In this document: positions 49,329 to 60,266 of the stretch, one piece after another | Layout of the letters: each line of letters opens with the position of its first letter | How positions within the stretch are numbered: position 1 is the stretch's first letter | Source of the DNA: an uncultured Gemmatimonadales bacterium | Lineage (GTDB): Bacteria; Gemmatimonadota; Gemmatimonadetes; Longimicrobiales; RSA9 | DNA length: 64,000 nt | Direction: 5' to 3' | Assembly (NCBI GenBank): GCA_963798085.1 | Contig: CAWCRS010000003.1 | Coordinates: 384,001 to 448,000 of the forward strand | Translations under genes and position numbers: made by a program | The notes under the pieces: generated by a model | Told to the model about the DNA's origin: nothing | Databases searched by the model: none | The model's input: only the letters and a program-made list of their open reading frames with translations

Positions 49329-49574
49329 GGCTGGCCCGGCTCCGGCTCAACGGTGGCGCGCGTGGCAGTCGCACCCGGGCGGTGCATGACGCGCTGCTGC
49401 CAGTATCGACAGCACTCCATGTGTACACGCAATGGTGTGCGGACAATGCGGGCGATCCCCCGACAACGTGTCGCCGGATGCCTTACACGGGTTGCGCAAA
49501 CGCGGAAGTTGCAGCCGGCCGAGCGAGGATCTGGCGGAAACGAAGCGCGCGCGGAGCGGCGCCGTCGCCTGCAA

Positions 49575-49914
49575 TCAGAAAGGCGTGAAGCCGGGCAGGA
49601 ACTTGAACAGGATGACCAGGCTGATGACCACGAAGAGCGCCAGCATGAGCGGCCCGAAGAAGACCCGGCTGAAGAGCGGGCTGTCGTAGCGCAGGTGCAT
49701 GTAGAAGAGCACGACAATGACGAACTTCGTGGCCGAGAGAATGAGCAGGACGGGCACGAGGATGCGCGCCAGTGCGGGAATGTAGAAGATCGCGACTTCG
49801 ACAGCGGTGATGACGGTGAGGATGACACGCCACCAGCACGTACGTGCCCACGGTCGCGTGAGCGGCGTGGCCCGGGTCGTGGGTCGTGCTCGTCGTTGCT
49901 GCGGGTTCCGCCAC
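49575..49914 (-). CDS. ctaF: Cytochrome c oxidase subunit IV (caa3 type); +1 frameshift near 49827
   Basis: ITAVEVAIFY and KFVIVVLFYMHLRYD motifs; GTG start after AGGAG. Confidence 0.82.
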
Positions 49915-49933
49915 GATCGTGCTCCTGTTGATC

Positions 49934-50536
49934 TCAGTTGATCAGGTAGATGAGCGTGAAGATCGCGATCCAGACGATGTCGACGAAGTGCCAGTAGAGT
50001 CCCGCGATCTCCAGGCGAAGCGCGTTGTGCGAGCGCAGCCGGCCTTTCCACGCATCAGTCCAGAGGATCAGCAGCCAGATCACGCCCACCGTGACGTGAG
50101 CGCCATGGAACCCCGTCAGTATGAAGAACGACGAGCCGAACAGGTTCTTCTGCAGCGTCAGTCCTTCGTGGTAGAAGTGCGTGAACTCGTACGACTGGAA
50201 GCCGAGGAACAGTGCGCCCAGCACGCACACCGCCATGATTCCGAAGAGCGCGGCCTTGCGCCGGTCGCGCTGCACCGCATCGAGCGCGATCACCATCGCG
50301 AGCGAACTCATGAGCAGCACGAACGTGCTGATGCTGGTCAATGGAATGTTCAGGATCGCGCGCGGCAGTGGCCCGACAATGCTCTCGTGCTTGTAGACCA
50401 TGTACGTCGAGATCAGCGACCCGAAGAACAGCGTCTCCGAGCCGAGGAAGATCCAGAAGCCGAGCTTCCAGGTGTCGAGGCCGGTTGCGGTGGGCGCGTG
50501 GCCGGGTGCGCGGATCGCGGCGGATTCCGTGCTCAT
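49934..50536 (-). CDS. ctaE: Cytochrome c oxidase subunit III
   Basis: WIFLGSE, TGFHGAHV and YWHFVDIVW motifs. Confidence 0.92.
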   Translation of the reverse strand: MSTESAAIRAPGHAPTATGLDTWKLGFWIFLGSETLFFGSLISTYMVYKHESIVGPLPRAILNIPLTSISTFVLLMSSLAMVIALDAVQRDRRKAALFGIMAVCVLGALFLGFQSYEFTHFYHEGLTLQKNLFGSSFFILTGFHGAHVTVGVIWLLILWTDAWKGRLRSHNALRLEIAGLYWHFVDIVWIAIFTLIYLIN

Positions 50537-50550
50537 CTGCTCCCGCCGGC

Positions 50551-50796
50551 TGAACTGTGTTGCTGGCAGTGGTTGCTCGGGCTGGTTGCTGGGGAACAGA
50601 TCACAGCCAGGCCCGCAGCAGATCCGAGCGGTTGGCCGGCATGTGCGGGACACGCGGCCCGGGTGCTCCGCCGCGTCCGCTCACGCAGAGTGATCGATTC
50701 GTCTAACACCATCTTCACGCGCGTCCTCTCATCCCAACTGCAAGATCCGTTGTCAATTCAGTCGTTCCCCACCAACCAGCCCCAGCAACGCCGTTC
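50551..50796. repeat. Family A inverted-repeat element between oxidase subunit I and III genes
   Basis: GTTGCTCGGGCTGGTTGCTGGGGAAC (ending 50597) pairs with GTTCCCCACCAACCAGCCCCAGCAAC (starting 50764). Confidence 0.8.
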
Positions 50797-50804
50797 GCAG
50801 TCTC

Positions 50805-52620
50805 TCAGGCATGCCCACCCTCATACGCCCAGTTGACCACGCCTACGGCCGCCCAGGCTACGCCCATGAGTGGCGCCCACCAGAGGTGCGTCAGGAACAG
50901 GGCGAACGTGCCGACCACGCCCATGGCGGTGAACAGCGGCCAGTAGGAAGGTGGCGGCATGTGGAACGACTCGGGCGGGCCGAAGGCGACGGCTTCGACG
51001 CGCTCGCGCTCGAGCCACAGCGGTTCCCGGCTGTGCACCGTGGGTATGCGCTGGAAGTTGTGCTCGACGGGCGGGCTCTCGGTCGCCCACTCGAGCGTCG
51101 CTGCGCCCCACGGATTGCGGCCCGCGGGCTCGCCATGTTTGAGACTCCGGAACACGTTGATGAAGATCAGCAGCACGCCCACCGCGGTCAGGAATCCGCC
51201 GACCGTGGCGATCATGTTGAGGTTGCCGAGGCCCAGCTCGCTCGAGTACGTGAATACGCGCCGAGGCATGCCCAGCAGGCCGATCCAGTGCATGGGCAGG
51301 AACGTCGTGTGCAGGCCGACGACGTAGAACCAGAAGCTCCACCTGCCCAGCCGCTCGTTCATCAGACGGCCGGTGACCTTCGGATACCAGTAGTGGATGC
51401 CGGAGAGCACGCCCAGGATGAGGCCGCCCAGCAGCACGTAATGGAAGTGCGCGACGACGAAATACGTGTCGGTCTGCTGCAGGTCGTGCGGCGATGTCGC
51501 ATGCATCACACCGGAGACACCGCCCATGGTGAAGGTCGCGACCGCGGCCGTCGCGTACATCATCGCAGCTGGTGAAGCGGATCGAGCCGCCCCACATGGT
51601 GGCAATCCAGTTGAAGATCTTCACGCCCGTCGGGAATGGCGATGATCATCGTGCTGATGGTGAAGAACGAATCGGCAATCGGCCCCATGCCGGTGGCGAA
51701 CATGTGGTGCGCCCAGACGCCCCAGCCGATCGAGGCCGATCAGTGCGCCCGAGTACACCATCACGGCGTAACCGAAGAGCGGCTTGCGCGAGAACGTCGG
51801 AATCACTTCGGACAGGATGCCGAATGCGGGCAGGATCAGGATGTACACTTCCGGATGCCCGAACAGCCAGAACAGGTGCTGCCAGAGTATGGGATCGCCG
51901 CCGGCCGCGGTGGCGAAGAAGAGCGTGCCCCAGAAGCGGTCGAATGTGACCAGGAACAGCGCCACCGCGAACACGGGCAGTGCGGTGATGATGATGAAGC
52001 TGGTGATCAGCGCCATCCAGGTGAACAGTGGCAGGCGCATCAGTGCGCATGCCGGGCGCGCGCAGGTTTACGATCGTGGCAATGAAGTTGACGCCGCCCA
52101 TGATCGACGCGATGCCCAGCATCTGCAGGCCGAGCGCCCAGAAATCGATGTTGAGGCCGGGCGCGAACTGGCGCTCCGTGAGGTTGGCGTACCCGAACCA
52201 GCCGCCGTTGGGCGCCTGACCCACGAGGAAGCTCGAGTTCATGAACAGCGCGCCGAAGAAGAAGATCCAGAAGGAGAGCGCGTTGAGGCGAGGGAACGCC
52301 ACGTCGCGGGCGCCGATCTGGAGCGGCACGATGAAGTTGAAGAATGCTACGGCAATGGGCATCCCGACCAGGAACACCATGGTCGTGCCGTGCATGGTAA
52401 ACAGCTGGTTATACGTGTCCGCGGTAACGAAGTGGTTTTCCGGCCGGGACAGCTGTATGCGCATCAGCAGGGCTTCGATGCCACCGACCAGGAAGAAGAC
52501 CAGTGCGGTGAGGCCGTACATTACGCCGATCTTCTTGTGATCGACGGTCGTGAGCCACTCCCACACGACCGACCTGCGCTCGTGCGTAGCGACTGCCACC
52601 GGTGTTGCAGTGCTTGCCAT
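50805..52620 (-). CDS. ctaD: Cytochrome c oxidase subunit I; about 4 single-base frameshifts
   Basis: TVDHKKIG, TMHG, FPRLN, WLFGHPEVYI, VWAHHMF, AHFHY and GMPRR motifs. Confidence 0.93.
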
Positions 52621-52647
52621 CCGGATCCTCGATAACGCGCTGTCCGC

Positions 52648-53820
52648 CTACTTCAGACTCACGAGGTACGCGGCAATCGCGTGGATTTCATCGTCGGTCA
52701 GCCCGGTGGGCGGGAAGCCCGCCGCGCCCTGCTGCGCGCCCGGCATGTGTGCACCCGCCTTGAGCGACTGCGGGTTGTGGATCCATTGCTCGACGTTGGC
52801 AGCCGTGTTAGCCGCTGCGCCCGCACCCACCGTGGGCCGTGAGCCGAAGCGCGTGAGATTGGGCCCGACCACGCCCTTCGCCGTGGTGTTCGCGATCGTG
52901 TGACAGGCGATGCACGCCTTGCTCAGGAAGATCCGCCTGCCCTGCTCTTCGAGCGTTTCCTGCGCGGCGCCGCCTGCGCCCTGCGCCGCGGCAGCGCCGG
53001 TGGGCGGAGTGGCCGGGGCACCACCTGCCGCGGCCTGCGCGCCACCGCCGGCGGCCGGCGCTTCCCGCATGGAGGCGACCCACGCATCGAATTCGGATGG
53101 CGGCACGGCCACCGCGTACATCGCCATGATGCCGTGCGCCTCGCCGCAGAACTCGGCGCACTGGCCGCGGTAGGTGCCGGCCTCGTCCACTGTGAACACC
53201 AGGCTGTTCGGTCGCGGCCGCTCGCCTTCGACCGTGCGCGGCGCGGGCATCACATCGCGTTTCCCGCCAATGCGCGGAACCCAGAAGCTGTGAATCACGT
53301 CCGCGGATTCCAGTCGCAGATGGACTTCACGACCGACCGGCACGTAGAACTGATTCGCCGTCACCACGTTCTGTGCCGGGTAGCGGAACTCCCACCACCA
53401 CTGGTGCCCGTAGACCTCGATCTCGAGTGCGTCCGCAGCCGGCGGGCGTTGCGACGAAAACACCGTCTGCACTGTCGGCACCGCAATGAACGTGACGATC
53501 ACCGCGGGAATCAGTGTCCACAGGATTTCCAGCCGGGTGTTGCCGTGGATCTGCTTCGGGTGCGGCCGGCCGGGTTTTTCGCGGAATCGGATGATGATGA
53601 TGACGATGAGCACCAGGACCAGTGCGAGGATGGCCATGGTCCAGGCGAGGGTGTTCAGGAACACGCGGTTCAGCGAGCGGCCGAATTCGCTGACCGGCTG
53701 GAAGGTGGTCTGCTCGTACTGCTCGCCGCCCGTGCATGCGGCGGCGAGGCTGACGGCCAGCGGAAGGACTCGCCACAGGCGATGCCAGCCGGTCGCTCTC
53801 GAATACGTCACAACTCTCAT
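52648..53820 (-). CDS. ctaC: Cytochrome c oxidase subunit II with fused cytochrome c (caa3)
   Basis: Lipobox AAAC, HQWWW, DVIHSFW, CAEFCGEAHGIM (CuA site) and CIACH heme c motif. Confidence 0.93.
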   Translation of the reverse strand: MRVVTYSRATGWHRLWRVLPLAVSLAAACTGGEQYEQTTFQPVSEFGRSLNRVFLNTLAWTMAILALVLVLIVIIIIRFREKPGRPHPKQIHGNTRLEILWTLIPAVIVTFIAVPTVQTVFSSQRPPAADALEIEVYGHQWWWEFRYPAQNVVTANQFYVPVGREVHLRLESADVIHSFWVPRIGGKRDVMPAPRTVEGERPRPNSLVFTVDEAGTYRGQCAEFCGEAHGIMAMYAVAVPPSEFDAWVASMREAPAAGGGAQAAAGGAPATPPTGAAAAQGAGGAAQETLEEQGRRIFLSKACIACHTIANTTAKGVVGPNLTRFGSRPTVGAGAAANTAANVEQWIHNPQSLKAGAHMPGAQQGAAGFPPTGLTDDEIHAIAAYLVSLK

Positions 53821-53882
53821 GGTTTGAACCGGATCGCGCTTTCTGTCGAAGGCCGGGATGTTACCGCAGCGTCCCGGGGTGG

Positions 53883-54845
53883 TCAAGCAACGGCGCTGGT
53901 GCGCGTGTCGAGCCTCGCGAGTGTGGCCCATGCCGCCAGTGCGAACCAGACGGCGGCGCCCACGGCCAGGTGCAGCGCCTGGAGCGCGTGCGGCAGGCGC
54001 AGCAGGACGAGCGCCGCGGCCACGCCGAGCTGTACGAACACGAGCGCGAGGGCCAGTACCGCCATGCGCCTGGCGCGCGGCGATGCGCCGCCCCGTGTCA
54101 CCAGCACTGCGGCAACGATGACGAACACAAGTGCGAACGCGACCAGGCGGTGACCCCACTGCACGTGCGCGGTTGTCGCCTGTGCGGGCGGGATCAGCCA
54201 CCCGCTGCACAGGGGGAACCCCGTACACGCCGCCGCTGCGCCCGGCGTATTGGCCGTTGCGGCCCCGAAGGCGACGACCACGAGTCCGACCGCCGCAGCC
54301 GCCGTGGCCCAGCTCGCGGCACGCCGCACGTTCCCGGTGCTGCCTGCTGTGTGGCTCTCACCGAGCGCCCCGCCGCGCGCCGCCGCATTGATCAGCGTGG
54401 CCATGAAAACGAGCGCGGTCACGAAGTGCACGATGGTCACGGCAGGCGGCAGGTCGAGCCACACCGTGACGGCGCCGAGCAGTGCCTGCAGCACGAAGAG
54501 CGTCGTCGCCAGCACGAGGGGCCGGAGCATGCCACCCCTGCCGCTGACGGCGGGCGCTCGCCGGTGCAGCAGGGCATAACCGAATACCGCGAGCACGACA
54601 ATGCCGATGCCGGCGGCGAGCAGGCGGTGCGTGTACTCGATCAGCGTATTGAGTGTGAAGGGCGGGATCCACTCGCCATGGCAGCGCGGCCAGTCATTGC
54701 CGCAGCCCAGGCCTGATCCCGTGATGCGCACAATGCCACCGAATACCACGAGCGCGTACGTGTAGCATGCCGCGAGCAGCGAGAGCAGCGCGAGCCGCTG
54801 TCTCGGTGCCCCGGCATCGTCACCGACGCGCGTGTCTGCGATCAT
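53883..54845 (-). CDS. ctaA: Heme A synthase (COX15/CtaA)
   Basis: GSGLGCGNDWPRC, IEYTHR, QALLGA, CTGFPLC and HR motifs. Confidence 0.88.
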   Translation of the reverse strand: MIADTRVGDDAGAPRQRLALLSLLAACYTYALVVFGGIVRITGSGLGCGNDWPRCHGEWIPPFTLNTLIEYTHRLLAAGIGIVVLAVFGYALLHRRAPAVSGRGGMLRPLVLATTLFVLQALLGAVTVWLDLPPAVTIVHFVTALVFMATLINAAARGGALGESHTAGSTGNVRRAASWATAAAAVGLVVVAFGAATANTPGAAAACTGFPLCSGWLIPPAQATTAHVQWGHRLVAFALVFVIVAAVLVTRGGASPRARRMAVLALALVFVQLGVAAALVLLRLPHALQALHLAVGAAVWFALAAWATLARLDTRTSAVA

Positions 54846-55003
54846 GCCAGCTGCCGTGCTCAATCCTGCGCTCCTGCGGCGTCTGCTGCGTCCGGCTGTG
54901 GGCCGCGCCAATATCACCCGGCGTCCCCGCCGCCGCCAGTTTGCCGGGCCCCCGCACGCGTACTACTCTGCTGGCGGGAATCCCCGTGCAGCGAGCCGCC
55001 GCT

Positions 55004-56215
55004 ATGCGCAGGATACAACACATTCTTCTCGTGTTTTCCGTTCTCGGAGCGAGCCGCGCGAACATGGCAGCCGCACAGAGCAATGGCACGGCGGGTGCAC
55101 GGCCGCGGGCCCGCGAAGCCGGCGTGATCGTCGGCATCTTCCAGCCGGGTGCTCAGAACGCGATCACGGATGTCGCGGGCGTCCGAGTGGGTCAGACGAC
55201 GGTGGTGCGCGAAGGCGTGAATACCGGTGTCACCGCGATCCTGCCGCATGCGGGCAGCATCTTCCGCGAGAAGGTGCCCGCCGCGATCGTCGTGGGGAAC
55301 GGCTTCGGCAAACTGCTCGGCATCTCGCAGGTGCAGGAACTGGGCGAAATCGAAACGCCCATCCTGCTGACCTGCACGTTGTGTGTCTGGAAAGCGGCGG
55401 ACGCCATGGTCGCGTGGCTGCTGGCACAGCCCGGCATGGAAGACGTGCGCTCCATCAATCCCGTCGTCGGCGAAACCAATGATGGCGGACTGAACGACAT
55501 TCGCGCGCGCCCCATTTCGCCGCAGGATGTCGTGCACGCGCTCGAGTCGGCGAACAGCGGACCCGTCGAGGAGGGCGCGGTGGGCGCGGGTCGCGGCACA
55601 TCCGCGTTCGGCTTCAAGGGCGGCATCGGCACCAGCTCGCGCGTCCTGCCCGCATCGGCCGGCGGCTACACGGTGGGGGTGCTCGTGCAGTCCAACTTCG
55701 GCGGCGTTCTCGTCATCAATGGCGCGCCCGTGGGCCGCGAACTGGGGCGTTACTCCTTCCAGCGTGAAGTCACGGGCCGGGGCGGCCGCGGGGGTGGCAG
55801 CGATCGCCTCGAGTCACCGGACGGCAGCATCATGATGGTCGTGGCGACGGATGCGCCGCTCAGCGCACGCAGTCTCGAGCGCGTCGCGCATCGCGCGCTC
55901 ACTGGCCTGGCGCGCACGGGCGCGACCATGAGCAACGGCTCGGGCGACTACGTGATCGCCTTCTCCACGGCGGACAGCGTGCGCCGGCGAGGCAACGAGC
56001 GGTCGCGCCAGATCGAGGATCTCTCCAACGATGCCGTGACGCCGCTGTTCCAGGCCGTTGCGGAGGCCACGGAAGAAGCGGTGTATAACTCGCTGTTCAA
56101 GGCGGTCACGGTGAGCAACGGCCGCAATCAGACGGAAGCGCTGCCCATCGAGAAGACACTCGAGATCCTGAAGAAGTACAACGCGCTGAACTGGGACCGC
56201 ACCATCGGGAAGTAG
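55004..56215 (+). CDS. P1 family peptidase (DmpA-like aminopeptidase)
   Basis: NAITDVAGVRVG, NGFGK, VGETND, KGGIGTSSR, DGSI autocleavage site and GSGD. Confidence 0.92.
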   Translation: MRRIQHILLVFSVLGASRANMAAAQSNGTAGARPRAREAGVIVGIFQPGAQNAITDVAGVRVGQTTVVREGVNTGVTAILPHAGSIFREKVPAAIVVGNGFGKLLGISQVQELGEIETPILLTCTLCVWKAADAMVAWLLAQPGMEDVRSINPVVGETNDGGLNDIRARPISPQDVVHALESANSGPVEEGAVGAGRGTSAFGFKGGIGTSSRVLPASAGGYTVGVLVQSNFGGVLVINGAPVGRELGRYSFQREVTGRGGRGGGSDRLESPDGSIMMVVATDAPLSARSLERVAHRALTGLARTGATMSNGSGDYVIAFSTADSVRRRGNERSRQIEDLSNDAVTPLFQAVAEATEEAVYNSLFKAVTVSNGRNQTEALPIEKTLEILKKYNALNWDRTIGK

Positions 56216-56234
56216 GCGACCGGCTCCCTCACGG

Positions 56235-57443
56235 TCACTGGCTCGAAGCAGCCGCCGCGTTCGTTTCCGCGGGCCCGAGGAACGCCTCGATGTCCGCCGC
56301 CCTCGCCTCCGCATCTTCCTCGCCGATCTGCATGATGCGCTCGAGGTAGTCAGGCTGGAACAGCAGCAGCGACAGCATGTCCGGGCTCTTCTGCTCGCGC
56401 GTGCCCAGGCCGCGCACCATGAAGCGGAACGCTTTGGGCAGGCGGGGCTCGAACTCGGCGGCCATGCGACCCAGGTCGCGGGAGGGACGGATAACGAGGA
56501 GGTCCACCGGTCGCATACCCGAACGCCGTTCATCGGGCACCGTCTGCAGCAGCTCGTTGATGCGCTGCAGGCGAAGCGCGTCCTGATCGATCAGGTCGAG
56601 GAACACCGCATTGAGCAGCGCGCCCAGGATCTGCGCGGGCGGCGGGTAGCCGGTGATCTGCAGCGCATCCGCTTCGGCCTGCGAGCGGTCGTAGCGTGTG
56701 GAGATGGCGATGATGCGGTCCGCGCCCAGATGCAGTGCCGGTGACAGTGGTGCGGCCAGCCGGATGCCGCCATCACCGTACCAGTTGTTGCCCACGCGGA
56801 TCGCCGGGAAGAACAGCGGCAGCGCGGTGGACGCCATGACGTGCTCGATGCAGAGCGTCGTCTTCTCGGCGCGGCGTTGCGGCCGCTTCCACGGCTCAAT
56901 GGCGCCGCCCTGGAAGAACACGACGGACTGTCCGGTCGAATACAATGTGGCAGTAACGGCAACGGCCAGCAGCTTGCCCGTTGCCAGGTTCCTGCCGATA
57001 CCGGTCAGTACGCCGTCTCTCGACTCGATCACCTCATGCAGCAGCACGCGCAGCGGCGAGGTGTTGAGGAAGGCGCGAACCTGGAGCGCGGGCGCGCCGC
57101 CCGAGATCAGGCGGAAGCCCCAGCGCATCACGGTCCAGGAGATGGACGCGGCATCCACCTTGAACACTCGCTCGGCGGTCAGCCCCTGCCAGAGATCGGA
57201 CAGGCTGAATACCGCCTTCCTGAAGTTGCCGGGATGCGACGCGAGTGAAGCGATGTTGACGGCACCGGCGGACACGCCGGTGAGAATCGGGAGCTGCAGG
57301 TCCGGATAGTGGCGTGCGATCCAGCGCAGCACGCCGACCTGGTATGCCGCGCGGGCGCCGCCGCCGGTCAATACGAGGCCCAGTGGCCCGCTTGCGACGA
57401 GGCGTTCATCCTGCGGCAGAGTGGAATCCGTCCTGTTGATCAC
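56235..57443 (-). CDS. Patatin-like phospholipase
   Basis: GGGARAAY, GVSAG and DGG motifs; start approximate. Confidence 0.9.
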   Translation of the reverse strand: MINRTDSTLPQDERLVASGPLGLVLTGGGARAAYQVGVLRWIARHYPDLQLPILTGVSAGAVNIASLASHPGNFRKAVFSLSDLWQGLTAERVFKVDAASISWTVMRWGFRLISGGAPALQVRAFLNTSPLRVLLHEVIESRDGVLTGIGRNLATGKLLAVAVTATLYSTGQSVVFFQGGAIEPWKRPQRRAEKTTLCIEHVMASTALPLFFPAIRVGNNWYGDGGIRLAAPLSPALHLGADRIIAISTRYDRSQAEADALQITGYPPPAQILGALLNAVFLDLIDQDALRLQRINELLQTVPDERRSGMRPVDLLVIRPSRDLGRMAAEFEPRLPKAFRFMVRGLGTREQKSPDMLSLLLFQPDYLERIMQIGEEDAEARAADIEAFLGPAETNAAAASSQ

Positions 57444-57725
57444 GGTCTCGAACGTTGTTATGTGGCGCAAACATACCGCATTCAGGCCGCCTCCGGGAGC
57501 GCAGCTCGGATGGGCTGCCCCAGCATCGCACACCGAGGTCGATTCTGCATGCTGCCGCAACGCCCGCAGCCGGGACCGTGGCTTTGCCGCTACGGGTAGC
57601 AGTGTTCTTCGGGTGTCACTTCTCCAGTATTCGGCTCGCGCCTCCGCGCGATGCGTCTATCCGGTTGTCGCGCCAGCCGCCGCACTTCGCGGCAATGCGC
57701 GGCGCCCCCACGCTGTGAGCACGGT

Positions 57726-60057
57726 ATGGTCCATCTGCAGTTGAACGCCCGCACCAATGCGCGGGCGCGTGTGCACGTCGCGCTTGTGCTCTCGCTGCTG
57801 GCGCCCGCGCTGGTTGCCTCGTGCAAGAGCGGCGATTCCACCGCTCCGCCGGGCGGCACGGCGACAGTCAACGTCGAAGCGGCCGGCAACTCCGTCGAAG
57901 TGGGCGGCACACTGCAGCTCACCGCGACGGCACTCGACGCATCGGGCAACAACCTCAGCAAGACCTTCGCGTGGGCGTCATCGAACCAGGGCGTGGCGGT
58001 CGTCTCACCCACGGGCCTGGTCAACGGCGTCGCAGTGGGCGCCGCCACCATCAGCGCGACCGCGGATGGCAAGTCCGGCAACTTCACGGTCACCGTGACT
58101 GCGCCGACCGTTCCCCTGATCAGCGCCGTGTCGCCCAGCCCGCTGGTCGCCGGCCAGACCGCGACGCTCACCGGTGACAATTTCAGCACCACGCCCACGA
58201 GCAACATCGTGACCATCGGCGGCGCCGCCGTGACCGTAACGGCCGCCACCAAGACCTCGCTGACCGTGGCAGTGCCGTCGGCCCTGTGCACGGCAGGCAC
58301 CGCCGCCGTGAAGGTCTCCGTCAATGGACGCGCCAGCAACAGCCTGCTGCAGCCCGCGCCGAAGACGGGCACGGACGTGACGGTCGCCACCGGCAAACAG
58401 ACGATCCTCACGAATCCTGCCGACTTCTGTCTGCAGTTCGCGGCAACCGGCGCGAATGAAGCGTACCTGGTGGGCGTGCAGAACCTCACGGAGTCCGGCA
58501 CCTCGGTGCAGAGCGTGATCGTGGGCAATGCTTCCGCAACGGGCGCCGAGTCCGCAGCCACACTGCCCGTCGCGGCTTCCAGCATGCAGCCTGCCGCTCC
58601 CACCACGGCGGACCTCGCCAGGATGAAGCGCTGGGACCGCCAGCGGGCCGGTGAACTCACCCTGCGCATGGCTGAGCGCGCGCAGATCCCGTTCGCGCAG
58701 GTGGCCAGCAACATCCGCCAGTCCCTGCGCGGCACCGCGTCGCTCACGGCCGCGGCCTCGGTCGTGCCGGGCACCGTGCAGGTGGGCGACAACGTGACCG
58801 TGCGCATTCCCGACCGGAACCGCAGCCTCTGTCAGAATTACGCCGAGATCACCACCGTCGTCCGCCTGGTAGGGCTGCACAGCATCTGGCTCGAGGACAG
58901 CGGCAATCCGGCCAACGGTTACACCGCTGCAGATTTCACCACGATGGCCGCCGATTTCGATAACACCATCTACCAGAACGATGTCGACTACTTCGGCGAG
59001 CCCAGCGACCTCGACAACAATGGTCGCATTGTGATGATCGTGACCAAGGAGGTCAACAAGGAGGGCGTGCTGGGTTTCACCACCAGCGCCGATTTCCAGA
59101 CGCGCACGCAGTGTCCATCCAGCAATGGCGGCGAGGTCTTCTACACGATCGCGCCTGACCCCAATGGCACGTACGCGGACGCATACGCGCGCGCCGACGG
59201 CCTGGCGGATGCACCCATCCTCACCGGCCACGAGTTCTCGCACATCCTGCAGTTCGTCAATCGCGCGGCGGCGGGCGTGTCCACACCTGCGGCCATCTGG
59301 GAGCTGGAAGGCCAGGCAACGCTCGCCGAAGAGATCACCGGCCACAAGTTCACCAGTCGCTCACCCGGGCAGAACTACGGCTTCAATGTGGCGTTCATGG
59401 GGATCTATAACAACGCGTTGGCGTCGGATCATGCGTGGTACGCCGCCGGCTTCTTCGATCTGGCTCTGTACTGGGGCTTCAACGGCGCCTGCGACCCCAA
59501 CGTGACAGGGCAGTGCGACACGAAGATCAGCGGCACGCCCGAGCAGTGCACCTGGCTCGCCGCCAACACCGGCGCACCGTGCTTCCCGGGCCGCGAAGTC
59601 TACGGCGTGCCCTGGTCGTTGCTCCGCTACATCTCCGACCAGTTCTCGACTCGCTTCGCGGGCGGCGAAAAGGAGCTCCACCACAAGCTCATCACGGACC
59701 CGGGCACCGGTTTCCAGACGCTCGCCAACGTGAGCGGCCAGCCCATCAATGTGCTGCTGGCGCCGCTGGGCCGCCGCGCAGTACGTCGATGACCGGACCG
59801 CCGGCGCCGACCCGACACTGCAGTTCACCAGCTGGAACATGTTCGAGGCGTTCAGCCATTTCCGTGTCTCCGTGCCGCTGGTGCCGCGCGATCGCAGCTT
59901 CGCTACATTCACCGACCAGGCCAGCGTGCGCGGCGGCTCGACTGCCTACTTCCGCGTCAGTGGCGCGAGCCGGCCGGCCACCGCGTTGCGCGTACGCACC
60001 GCCACGGAAGCGCTGCTGCCCTCGACCACTCAGGTGTGGATCGTGCGCTTGCAGTAA
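57726..60057 (+). CDS. Lipoprotein with Ig-like (Big_2) and IPT/TIG domains plus an HExxH metallopeptidase-like domain; +1 frameshift near 59763
   Basis: VASC lipobox, WASSNQGVAVV, LTGDNF, FGEPSDLDNNGRI and HEFSH...LEG. Confidence 0.78.
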
Positions 60058-60266
60058 ACAGGCTGTTGCCCTTCTGACGGGCGGGGTCGCGGCCTGCATG
60101 CGACCTCGCCCGTTTGCTTTCCAAACCCGCTGTCAGGCCCCGCGTGTCCGCTTTCCGCATCGCTTTGCGCGTCACTGGACAGTCCGGTAAGAGGCTGGCC
60201 TGCCGTTCCCCGCTGCGCCGCCCGACAGCTCCGGACCGTTCCAGCCAAGCCAATGGAGCCAGACCC

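Noticed and set aside
50805..52620. ctaD pseudogene or programmed frameshifting
   Set aside because: All metal-ligand motifs are intact, there are no slippery sites, and the +1 insertions match the window-wide error pattern.
56235..57443. Patatin as a CBASS effector
   Set aside because: No cyclase gene is adjacent; it looks like a common stand-alone patatin.
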